A DNA stretch of 64,000 bases, taken from contig JAPPLN010000069.1 in the NCBI GenBank assembly GCA_028874175.1, positions 606 to 64,605 on the forward strand. Direction: 5' to 3'. This DNA comes from Chloroflexota bacterium (GTDB taxonomy: Bacteria > Chloroflexota > UBA11872). Below the pieces are notes generated by a model. That model did no database searches, was not told where the DNA came from, and saw only the letters and a program-made list of their open reading frames with translations. This document shows positions 9,401-17,247 of the stretch, in pieces. Position 1 is the stretch's first letter, and the number at the start of each line of letters is the position of its first letter. A program made the position numbers and the translations under genes.

Positions 9401-10405
9401 TTACATCACACGAACAGCGCCAAGTGGAATTGACGGGTAAATCTGGAAGTGGGTTAGCACTCCGTTGGAAACGGTGCCGCTGATTGTTGGCTGGTCGACG
9501 GTGAAGGTGGTCAGGCGACCCTTTCCGTGCGTGCTTGAGTTGCTTCCATTACCAAGATTGATCGTTGTACCTGTCGAGAACTCGAACCCTCGGCGGCTAA
9601 TCGCATAGTAGCCTCCGCCTGAGCCGTGCCCAGCATCTCTCTGTCCGGCTGAACCAGATAGATTTCGACTCTGCGACTCCACGATATTGCTCGATGACCG
9701 ACGAACGAATCCGTCTCCGGCATCTCCACCGTCTCTTCCCGCCGGGCCTGAGCCACCACCGCCACCCATACCGAGGTTGTCAGCCGTGAAGCTACCGGTA
9801 AGAAGCGCCGCTAGGGCAGCCCCCGCCGGAACCAACGGTCCATGACGAAGTCCACCGCCGGACGTTCCATGACCGCCATTGGTACCTTGCTGTGGACCGC
9901 CGAACTGAAAGCATCCACCGCCAGGGCCTCGTCCACGCATATCAGAATTCGACGTGCCACCGGCAAATCCACTAACCACCAGTTCAGCCGTGTTGTCTTC
10001 AATTACGAGGCCACCATGGCTGCGGTCCGCCGACTCTGTCGCGTCGTTGCCTAAGTACGCTGAAAAGTCAATACCCACAACGCCGTCAAACTGCCGCCCC
10101 CACCAGTCCGACGGCAGCACCTCGGACTCAACGCGACTCCCTGGATAGATCGCGCGGAAGGCTCGCGCGAGCCGATCCCGGCTGGCCGACGCGGCATTCA
10201 GAATCCAATCGATCGCGCGCTCGACGTGATAGGCGTCGCACCGGTCCATGACCGGATAGGCGGACGCCACCGCACTACCAGCCTCCAGGTGCGCGTCCGC
10301 GTAGATCAGGTCGCCGCCCCGGAAGTTCTGCACCCAGAATCCTGACGACACCGGTCGCCGCTTCATGACACGGATCATTGGGTCACCCATCGAATATCTC
10401 CTCAC
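9401..10405 (-). CDS. Hypothetical protein with a globular N-terminal domain and a glycine/serine-rich C-terminal half
   Basis: 334-aa ORF in a locally lower-GC patch. The N-terminal ~110 codons use genome-typical GC3-rich codons. The Gly-rich C-terminal half uses GGA/GGT/TCA/AAT-type codons that are rare elsewhere in the window. No signal peptide or TM segment is obvious, and I cannot confidently assign a family. Confidence 0.4.
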   Translation of the reverse strand: MRRYSMGDPMIRVMKRRPVSSGFWVQNFRGGDLIYADAHLEAGSAVASAYPVMDRCDAYHVERAIDWILNAASASRDRLARAFRAIYPGSRVESEVLPSDWWGRQFDGVVGIDFSAYLGNDATESADRSHGGLVIEDNTAELVVSGFAGGTSNSDMRGRGPGGGCFQFGGPQQGTNGGHGTSGGGLRHGPLVPAGAALAALLTGSFTADNLGMGGGGGSGPAGRDGGDAGDGFVRRSSSNIVESQSRNLSGSAGQRDAGHGSGGGYYAISRRGFEFSTGTTINLGNGSNSSTHGKGRLTTFTVDQPTISGTVSNGVLTHFQIYPSIPLGAVRVM

Positions 10406-10634
10406 GCCATCTAGCCATCCGCATCAGCGAACGGCGTAAAGAACACGACGCCGACGGTTGCGTGCCTGAGCAGTGCCGCCATGCGTCCGTACCGGTCGTT
10501 CCGGTCGAAAGGCAGTATAGTACTCAATACGTATACTACAAATGTAATCATCGACATGGTTCTTCCGTCGCACGACTCCGCTTGTGGGGTGTTCATCACG
10601 GTCCGGGATGTCGGCGGGGCATAGACTCTCGGCC

Positions 10635-11621
10635 ATGGCGGCTCTTGCATCCGACGGTGGACCGCACGGCGTTCCGGTGCGGGCCAGCGGGCTGTGGAAG
10701 CGGTTTGGGGCGCTGGACGTGGTGCGGGACGTCTCGCTGGAAATCGCGCAGGGCGAGGTGGTGGGCTTTGTGGGGCCCAACGGCGCGGGCAAGAGCACCA
10801 CGATCCGGATGATGCTGGACATCTTTGCGCCGGACCAGGGCACGGTTGAGGTGTTCGGCGCGCCGATCGACGACGCGGCACGGCGCCGGATTGGGTATCT
10901 GCCGGAAGAGCGCGGGCTGTATCCGGGCCTGCGCATCCCGCCGATTCTGAAGTACATGGCGGAGTTGAAGGGGGTGCCGACACAGGAAGCGCCGGGGCTG
11001 GCGGACGCGGCGCTGGAGCGGTTGGGCCTGACGGAACACCGACCCAAGAAAGTTGGCGAACTGAGCCGTGGGCTGCGGCAGTTGCTGCAGTTTGCGGCCA
11101 CGATTCAGCACAAGCCGGAATTCCTGGTGCTGGACGAGCCGTTCTCGGGTCTGGATCCGGTCAACGTGCGACTGATGAAGAACACGGTGGCCGAACTGCG
11201 AGACGACGGGGTGGCCGTGCTGTTCTCGACGCACCAGATGACGGACGTGGAGGAACTCTGCGACCGGGTGGTGATGATCAACCACGGCGAGATCGTGCTG
11301 AACGGAGGCGTTCGGGAGATTCGACGGCAGCACGCGAGCGACCGGCTGCTGGTGGAATGCGCGTCGGACCTGCCGTTCGCGCTGAGCTTGCCGGGCGTGG
11401 CGAAGGTCGAGACGCACGGCGATGGCTGGCGAATCAGCCTGAACGACGACGGTTCGGCCGAGGGGGTGTTGCGCGCGTTGCTGGATGCGGGCGTGCAGCT
11501 CGATCGGTTCGAACGCGAGGCACCGACGCTGGAAGAGATTTTTCTGCAGATCGTGGGCGCCTCTGACCACACACTCGACGGGAATGAGACGCCGGATGCG
11601 GGGGCGCGAGCCGGTGGGTAG
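10635..11621 (+). CDS. ABC transporter ATP-binding protein (ABC-2 subfamily)
   Basis: Walker A GPNGAGKST, Q-loop, signature LSRGLRQ, Walker B LVLDEPFSGLD and H-loop STHQ are all present. The ORF track starts at 10584; the internal ATG at 10635 (MAALASDG...) gives a typical ATPase N-terminus. The 3' end overlaps the permease start. Confidence 0.85.
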   Translation: MAALASDGGPHGVPVRASGLWKRFGALDVVRDVSLEIAQGEVVGFVGPNGAGKSTTIRMMLDIFAPDQGTVEVFGAPIDDAARRRIGYLPEERGLYPGLRIPPILKYMAELKGVPTQEAPGLADAALERLGLTEHRPKKVGELSRGLRQLLQFAATIQHKPEFLVLDEPFSGLDPVNVRLMKNTVAELRDDGVAVLFSTHQMTDVEELCDRVVMINHGEIVLNGGVREIRRQHASDRLLVECASDLPFALSLPGVAKVETHGDGWRISLNDDGSAEGVLRALLDAGVQLDRFEREAPTLEEIFLQIVGASDHTLDGNETPDAGARAGG

Positions 11622-12894
11622 CGTCCGCATTGTGACCCGGCACGAGTTCCGGACGGCCGTCACCCGTCCCTCATACATCATCTTGACGGCCGCTATGCCG
11701 GTGCTGGTGGCGCTGGCGGTGGCGGGCTTCACGATTTTCACGCTGGTTACGCGGGAGGACGGCGAAGCCGAGACCGCATCCAGCGCGGAGTCCAGCGCCG
11801 AGACGCCAAGGCTGGGCTACGTAGACCTTACGGACGGTCCGGCGCTGTTTGGCGCATATCGGGAACAGCCGGGCGCGGTGTTCGTACCGGTGTCGGATCG
11901 TGACGCCGGCATAGCGGCGCTCGGGGACGAGCAGATCGACGCGTTATTCGTGTTCCCGCCGGACTATTCGGAAACGGGAACGGTCGTACGGGTCCGGATC
12001 GCCGACGACGGGGGCGGCGTCTTCGGACCGGACGGTCCTTCGTATAGCGGGACGCTGCGCGGGTTCGTGCTCTCGAACCTGTTCGCAGACGAAGTTCCGG
12101 CCGGGTTGGCCGAGCGGCTCCGGATCCCCTACACGCTGGTGACGGAGGAGGTCCGGCCCGACGGAGCGGAAGAAGAATCGGCGGGATTCGACATTGGCCG
12201 GGCGGCGTTCTTTGCCGTTGCCGGCATTTCGCTCCTGTTTTCAGTCTTCTTTAGCTCGGGCTACGTCCTGAACGCGCTGGTGGAGGAAAAGGAAAACCGG
12301 GTGATGGAGGTGCTGTTGTCGTCGGTCAAGCCGGACGCCCTGCTGCTGGGCAAGTTCCTTGGCCTGGGCGCGGCGGGGCTGCTGCAGATGGCGGCCTGGC
12401 TGGCATCGGTCGGCGCGGGCGCGCTGGTGGTCGGCTTCATCGTGGACATTCCGGCCGACATTTTGACCATGCCGGGCGTTGGCGACATAGCCATCGCGGC
12501 CGGGTACTTCCTTTTCGGCTACGCGCTGTTCGCATCGCTGATGGCGGCGGTGGGAGCGGTAACGACTTCGCTGCGCGAAGCCAACCAGATTTCGGCCATC
12601 GTCATCGTTCCGGCCTTCATTCCGGTCTGGCTGAACTTCATCCTGTTCACAGAGCCCGAGGGCACCGTGGCTCGGGTGTTGACTTTCGTCCCGGTCACGG
12701 CGCCAGTCACTGGTTTCATTCGCCTTGCTACCGACGCGATGGGGCCGCTGGAAACCGTGGCGGCGCTGCTGGTGCTGGCGGCGAGCGCGGCGGGCGCGCT
12801 GTGGCTGGCCATGCGGTTGTTCCGGGCCTACCTGCTGATGTACGGCAAGCGGCCGACGCTGAAGGAAATGGCGCGGAGCGTGGTGTCGGGCTAG
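11584..12894 (+). CDS. ABC-2 family transporter permease
   Basis: Has an N-terminal TM anchor, a large ~170-aa extracytoplasmic loop, then five further TM helices, which is the ABC-2/NatB-like topology. Likely start codons at 11584 or 11596 overlap the ATPase stop, suggesting translational coupling. The ORF track start at 11485 lies inside the ATPase gene. Confidence 0.8.
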   Translation: MRRRMRGREPVGSVRIVTRHEFRTAVTRPSYIILTAAMPVLVALAVAGFTIFTLVTREDGEAETASSAESSAETPRLGYVDLTDGPALFGAYREQPGAVFVPVSDRDAGIAALGDEQIDALFVFPPDYSETGTVVRVRIADDGGGVFGPDGPSYSGTLRGFVLSNLFADEVPAGLAERLRIPYTLVTEEVRPDGAEEESAGFDIGRAAFFAVAGISLLFSVFFSSGYVLNALVEEKENRVMEVLLSSVKPDALLLGKFLGLGAAGLLQMAAWLASVGAGALVVGFIVDIPADILTMPGVGDIAIAAGYFLFGYALFASLMAAVGAVTTSLREANQISAIVIVPAFIPVWLNFILFTEPEGTVARVLTFVPVTAPVTGFIRLATDAMGPLETVAALLVLAASAAGALWLAMRLFRAYLLMYGKRPTLKEMARSVVSG

Positions 12895-13562
12895 CGGTCC
12901 TTGCGCAGGTAGGTGATCGGTCCGCCGAAGTCGAAAGCTTGCGGCTCGGGTGATGGGAAGTAGGGGCTCACTTCGGCGGTGAGGTAGGCCCTGGCGTCGT
13001 CGAGGGTTGATTCCCCGCGCTCAATGGCCGCGATGACGTTGGTCTGGGTGAGCAGGTAGTCGACGAGTCCTTCGCGATCGAAGACGACAACGTTGGCGTA
13101 GCTGTCCTGCGCGAGCAATCGAAAGCCGGCTTGTGTGGCCGACCGACCGTCGAGTGCCTGGTTGTCGCGAGGAGGCGTGGGGAAGCGCCGAAGGAAGGTG
13201 GACCCGTACCAGGGTTTAAACCCCGAGTTGCCGTGCAGATTGGCGGAGAAGAAGTTGTCGTAGATGACGAGCCAGCCGCGGGGCCTGAGCAAGCGGCGAG
13301 CCTCGCCCAGAAAGGCGTGTCGCTCAAACCAGTGCAGGCCGGAGGAGACGGTGAGGAGGTCGAAGGAGTGGCCGGCCAGGGGCAGGATCTCGGCCGGGCA
13401 GCGCAGGTAGTCAATGCGATTGTCGTGATCGGCCTGGGCGAGCATGGCAACGGATATGTCTGCGCCGACGATCCGCGTCGCGATCTGCTTCAAGGTGATG
13501 CAGGACAGCCCGGTTCCGCACGCGACATCGAGCACGTGGTCGAGACGGTCCTGGATATCCAA
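12891..13562 (-). CDS. Class I SAM-dependent methyltransferase
   Basis: SAM-binding motif I VLDVACGTG and motif II/III context (LLRPRGWLVIYD) are present. The only canonical start before motif I is a TTG at 13562. The frame stays open upstream to 13691 and encodes a plausible methyltransferase N-terminus with no ATG/GTG. Confidence 0.75.
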   Translation of the reverse strand: MDIQDRLDHVLDVACGTGLSCITLKQIATRIVGADISVAMLAQADHDNRIDYLRCPAEILPLAGHSFDLLTVSSGLHWFERHAFLGEARRLLRPRGWLVIYDNFFSANLHGNSGFKPWYGSTFLRRFPTPPRDNQALDGRSATQAGFRLLAQDSYANVVVFDREGLVDYLLTQTNVIAAIERGESTLDDARAYLTAEVSPYFPSPEPQAFDFGGPITYLRKDR

Positions 13563-13669
13563 CTGGGCCGCGATCCGGCGGACGACGAGGTCGTGGTGGT
13601 AGGGGCGAGCGCGGGCGTAGAGATCGGCGGCTTGGTTCGAGTCAAACAGGTCGCCAGCTAAGTCCTGAG

Positions 13670-13957
13670 TTATGGCGCGGCAGTTCCCCGGTCGATCGCC
13701 TCAAGGCGTTCCAGGATCCACATGCGAGCCAACGTCGTGGGGCCTATGCCTTTCTTCCGGGCCGTCGCCCGAAGGGTCTCCAGGGTCTCGGCCGTAAAGC
13801 GCACCGTGATGCCCTGGGAGAGGTTTTTGGCGAAGCGCACCTCAGTGCGCTCGAACTCGCTCTCAAAATCGGCCGTGTCATGCGTATCCCAGAACTCAGC
13901 CTCATCCTCACGGCTGTTGAACGTCGGAATCCGAGACTGCTTCTTCGTCTCACTCAC
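13670..13957 (-). CDS. brnA: BrnA antitoxin (type II TA, ribbon-helix-helix/CopG-like)
   Basis: 95 aa. The sequence IPTFNSREDEAEFWDTHDTADF...GITVRFTAETLETLRATARKKGIGPTTLARMWILERL follows the BrnA pattern (EFWDTHD block plus C-terminal RHH). It has a GTG start that overlaps the upstream brnT stop by 4 nt (GTGA). Confidence 0.8.
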   Translation of the reverse strand: MSETKKQSRIPTFNSREDEAEFWDTHDTADFESEFERTEVRFAKNLSQGITVRFTAETLETLRATARKKGIGPTTLARMWILERLEAIDRGTAAP

Positions 13958-14238
13958 TTCATCACTCCTCTTTCCAAAGTCCGGTATGTCTGCCGCTCAC
14001 GACGGCTGGACGGTCGTGCTGTCACTGGGTAGTAGATCTCCGTTTGAACCGGCGCCAGGATCACCGTGAGCGTCCGCCCGGACGTCGTCTGACCAATCAC
14101 ACGAAGACGCCCTCTGTAGGTGCGACTTGCGTGAGTGAATCCCCGACATGCCTCTTCGACCTCGTCGGGCGTGACTTCGTGCCGAGCAATATGGCCGACG
14201 TTCCACGCGTCCCAGACCAACTTCCGTACAAAGACCAT
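13954..14238 (-). CDS. brnT: BrnT toxin (DUF497 family ribonuclease toxin)
   Basis: The ATG at 14238 gives a 94-aa protein MVFVRKLVWDAWNVGHIARHEVTPDEVEEA...RLRVIGQTTSGRTLTVIL that matches the BrnT/DUF497 pattern (F-W-D..K...H-V). It lies immediately upstream of and overlapping brnA. The ORF track's longer 118-aa version has a Cys-rich, unlikely N-terminal extension. Confidence 0.75.
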   Translation of the reverse strand: MVFVRKLVWDAWNVGHIARHEVTPDEVEEACRGFTHASRTYRGRLRVIGQTTSGRTLTVILAPVQTEIYYPVTARPSSRRERQTYRTLERGVMK

Positions 14239-14405
14239 GCCGCTATTGTAACCGTTTGCGTTACAACACACTTGCTCCCTTGCCTGATGCCTTGGGCATC
14301 CGTAGCTCAACTCAAGGCTTCTCTGCTGACGGTCCGCGGCGCGGGAATCGGGTTGGGGCTAAGCTGCGACCCGTGAACGCGCGGGCCGCACCGGAGCATA
14401 GATTG

Positions 14406-16244
14406 ATGACGATTACGACGTTTCTGGGCGACCGCAGCGTGGGGATGCGGACGGGGTTTACGACGCGGCCGGTGGTGATGGGCAGGCGAGGGGTGGTGAC
14501 CTCGGGTCATTACCTGGCGACGGCGGCCGGGTTCCGGATGATGGAGCAGGGCGGCAATGCGACCGACGCGGCGGCGGCGATGTGCTTTTGTCTGAACCTG
14601 CTGGAGCCGCAGAGCAACGGGCTGGCCGGCGAGGTGCCGACGCTGATCTACTCGGCGCGCGATCGCACGGTGTACGAGCTGAGCGGCATGGGCTGGTCGG
14701 CACAGGCCTTCACCATCGACTGGTGCCGCGAGCACGGGATCGACCTGGTTCCGGGCGACGGCTACCTGCCGGCCTGCGTGCCCGCGGCGGTGGGTACCTG
14801 GGCGGCGGCGCTGGCGCGCTTTGGAACGCTGAGCTTTGGCGAGGTTTTGCAGCCGGCCATCGACCTGGCCGAGAACGGGTATCCGGTCTACGACAGCCTG
14901 TACAACAGCCTGGCCAGCAATGTGGACAAGTTCACGGAGCAGTATCCAAGCACTGGCGAGGTGTACCTGCCCGGCGGCAAGGCGCCCGGGGTGGGCGAGT
15001 TGCACCGGAATCCGGAGTGGGCCGAGACGTTGCGAGTCCTGTGTCGAGCGGAAGAGGCGGCGGCCGGGCGCGGGCGCGTCGCCGGCATCGAGGCCGCTCG
15101 CGATGCGTTCTATAAGGGCGAGATCGTCGAGCGGATCCTGGACTTCATCAGCACGCCGGTCGAAGACGCCAGCGGCTCGGCGCACGCCGGATTGCTGAGC
15201 TTTGAGGACTTTGCGGACTGGGAAGCGGAGTTCAACGAGCCTGTGTCCGTGAACTACCACGGCCTGGATGTGCACAAGTGCTCCAGCTGGACGCAAGGTC
15301 CCGTGTTTCTGCAGCAGTTGACGCTACTGGAGGGCTTCGATCTAGCGAACATGGGGCACAACTCGGCGGACTACCTGCACACGCTGATCGAGTGCGCCAA
15401 GCTGGCCTTTGCGGACCGCGAGGCGCATTATGGCGATCCGAAGTTCGACGACGTGCCGTTCGAGCAGCTGCTGTCGAAGGCTTATGCGGGCGAGCGTCGG
15501 GCGCTGGTGGGCGAGCAGGCATCGCTGGACATGCGACCGGGCGACGTTGGCGGTGGATTCCCGAGCTACGCTACGCGAGACGTGGCCGAGGACAACCGGC
15601 GGGCGCTGCAGGTGGCGGCTCGCGAGGTGCGGGACCTGGGGCTGGGCCATGCGCACGTGGGCGACACAACGCACCTGGATGCCGTGGACCACGAAGGCAA
15701 CATGGTGGCCGCCACACCGAGCGGCGGCTGGCTGGGCACCTCCCCGGTGATCCGCGGGCTGGGGTTCCCGCTGGGCACGCGGGGGCAGATGTTCTACTTG
15801 AATCCAGCGCGGCCCAACGCGCTGGCGCCGCGCAAGCGGCCGCGGGCCACGTTGACGCCCTCGCTGGTGACGCGCAACGGCGAGCCGTTCATGGTCTTTG
15901 GAACGCCGGGCGGCGACGGGCAGGACCAGTGGACCTTGCAGTTCTTCCTGAATTGCGTGCACTTTGGCATGAACCTGCAGGAAGCGCTGGACGCGCCGAC
16001 GGTGCACTCGGTGCACTTCCCATCGTCGTTCTACCCGCGCGAGGCCTACCCGGGACGCCTGGTGGCCGAGGGACGAATCTCCGGCGACGTGCTGGCGGAA
16101 CTCAAGCGACGCGGGCACGAGGTGGAAGTTACCGGCGACTGGGTCAATGGCAAGCCGATGGGAATCCGGTACGGCGGGCCTGGCGGCGTCATTTCCGGCG
16201 CGGTGTCGCCGAAAGGGATCATCGGGCACGCGCTGGGGTGGTGA
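14406..16244 (+). CDS. ggt: Gamma-glutamyltransferase
   Basis: The GGT N-terminal block (VVTSGHYLATAAGFRMMEQGGNATDAAAAM) and the autoprocessing/catalytic threonine in VGDTTHLDAVDHEGNMVAATPSGG are conserved. The C-terminal GGDGQDQW block is also present. The start is uncertain (ATG at 14406 or 14445); the track ORF begins at 14256. Confidence 0.85.
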   Translation: MTITTFLGDRSVGMRTGFTTRPVVMGRRGVVTSGHYLATAAGFRMMEQGGNATDAAAAMCFCLNLLEPQSNGLAGEVPTLIYSARDRTVYELSGMGWSAQAFTIDWCREHGIDLVPGDGYLPACVPAAVGTWAAALARFGTLSFGEVLQPAIDLAENGYPVYDSLYNSLASNVDKFTEQYPSTGEVYLPGGKAPGVGELHRNPEWAETLRVLCRAEEAAAGRGRVAGIEAARDAFYKGEIVERILDFISTPVEDASGSAHAGLLSFEDFADWEAEFNEPVSVNYHGLDVHKCSSWTQGPVFLQQLTLLEGFDLANMGHNSADYLHTLIECAKLAFADREAHYGDPKFDDVPFEQLLSKAYAGERRALVGEQASLDMRPGDVGGGFPSYATRDVAEDNRRALQVAAREVRDLGLGHAHVGDTTHLDAVDHEGNMVAATPSGGWLGTSPVIRGLGFPLGTRGQMFYLNPARPNALAPRKRPRATLTPSLVTRNGEPFMVFGTPGGDGQDQWTLQFFLNCVHFGMNLQEALDAPTVHSVHFPSSFYPREAYPGRLVAEGRISGDVLAELKRRGHEVEVTGDWVNGKPMGIRYGGPGGVISGAVSPKGIIGHALGW

Positions 16245-16397
16245 AGCGTCGCCGACTTTCCGCTCGCGGCTGTTGGCCTTGTACTCGAAGGCCACGTACA
16301 TAGGACGTGCATGCGGACTCCACACCCACTCGACAGATGGGCGCTAGCCTCCGCAAAATAGATTTTATCCGGTACGTGTTGGGAGGCCGCCCGGAGA

Positions 16398-17144
16398 ATG
16401 AGCGGGGCTGTGCTGGCGAGTGTGACGGCGGAAGCCGTTGCCAATGTCGATCTCGACGGTGCCCGGCGACGACAGCGCCCTGAATCAGGGGTAAGGCTCC
16501 GCCGCGCCCGGCTCGAGGACAAGCGTTCGGCAGGTCATCTGCTGCGCGAAGCCCTGACGCCGGAACTGGCGGACGCCGTGTTTGGTCTCGGGGTTGAAGG
16601 CGCAGCCACGAGCTACCTGGAGCGGCTATTCGCCCGAGCCGGCACGTTGTGGAGCTACGACCTCGTCACCCTGGCCGAGGTTGACGGACAGGTTGCGGGC
16701 ATGGTGTCGCACGCGCCATGGACGGAGCTGGCCCGGCGCTATCGAGCGACGATGTGGGCCTACCTGCGCGTCTACGGTCCGTTGCGGATTTTTCGGCTCT
16801 TACCAAGGCTGCGGCTGCTGATCCGCGCAAGCCCTCCCGTGCCCGTGGATCATTGGTTCATCCCCTACCTGGCGGTGTTCCCAAAGCACCGGGGCAACGG
16901 CGTGGCCAAGGCCTTGCTTGCCCGGGTGCATCGACGCGCGGATCGCAAATCGTCGGCCTGCAGTCTGTATGTGTTGGCTGATAACCGTGCCGCCCGCCAG
17001 TTCTATCAGCAAGCCGGATATGTGGATGGCACGTGGGAAGAATCACGGCAGCTTTACGAGCTTGCGGCTACGCGCGGCCGCCTGCGCATGGACCGGTACG
17101 TGTCCGGCGGCTCGCGCACGCCGTCTAACGCCTCCCTGGTCTAA
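16398..17144 (+). CDS. GNAT family N-acetyltransferase
   Basis: Acetyl-CoA-binding motif RGNGVAKALL and the GNAT core (LAVFPKHRGNGVAKALLARV) are present. The true start may lie internal to the 248-aa ORF. Confidence 0.65.
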   Translation: MSGAVLASVTAEAVANVDLDGARRRQRPESGVRLRRARLEDKRSAGHLLREALTPELADAVFGLGVEGAATSYLERLFARAGTLWSYDLVTLAEVDGQVAGMVSHAPWTELARRYRATMWAYLRVYGPLRIFRLLPRLRLLIRASPPVPVDHWFIPYLAVFPKHRGNGVAKALLARVHRRADRKSSACSLYVLADNRAARQFYQQAGYVDGTWEESRQLYELAATRGRLRMDRYVSGGSRTPSNASLV

Positions 17145-17247
17145 CAGACGTAGATCAATTCTCTGCAATCGGGGCGGCCTGCATCGCGTTTGAATCTGAT
17201 CTTTGGTTAGAGACAAAGCCGTCAGGTCGCGTCTGACCTGCGCGGCA

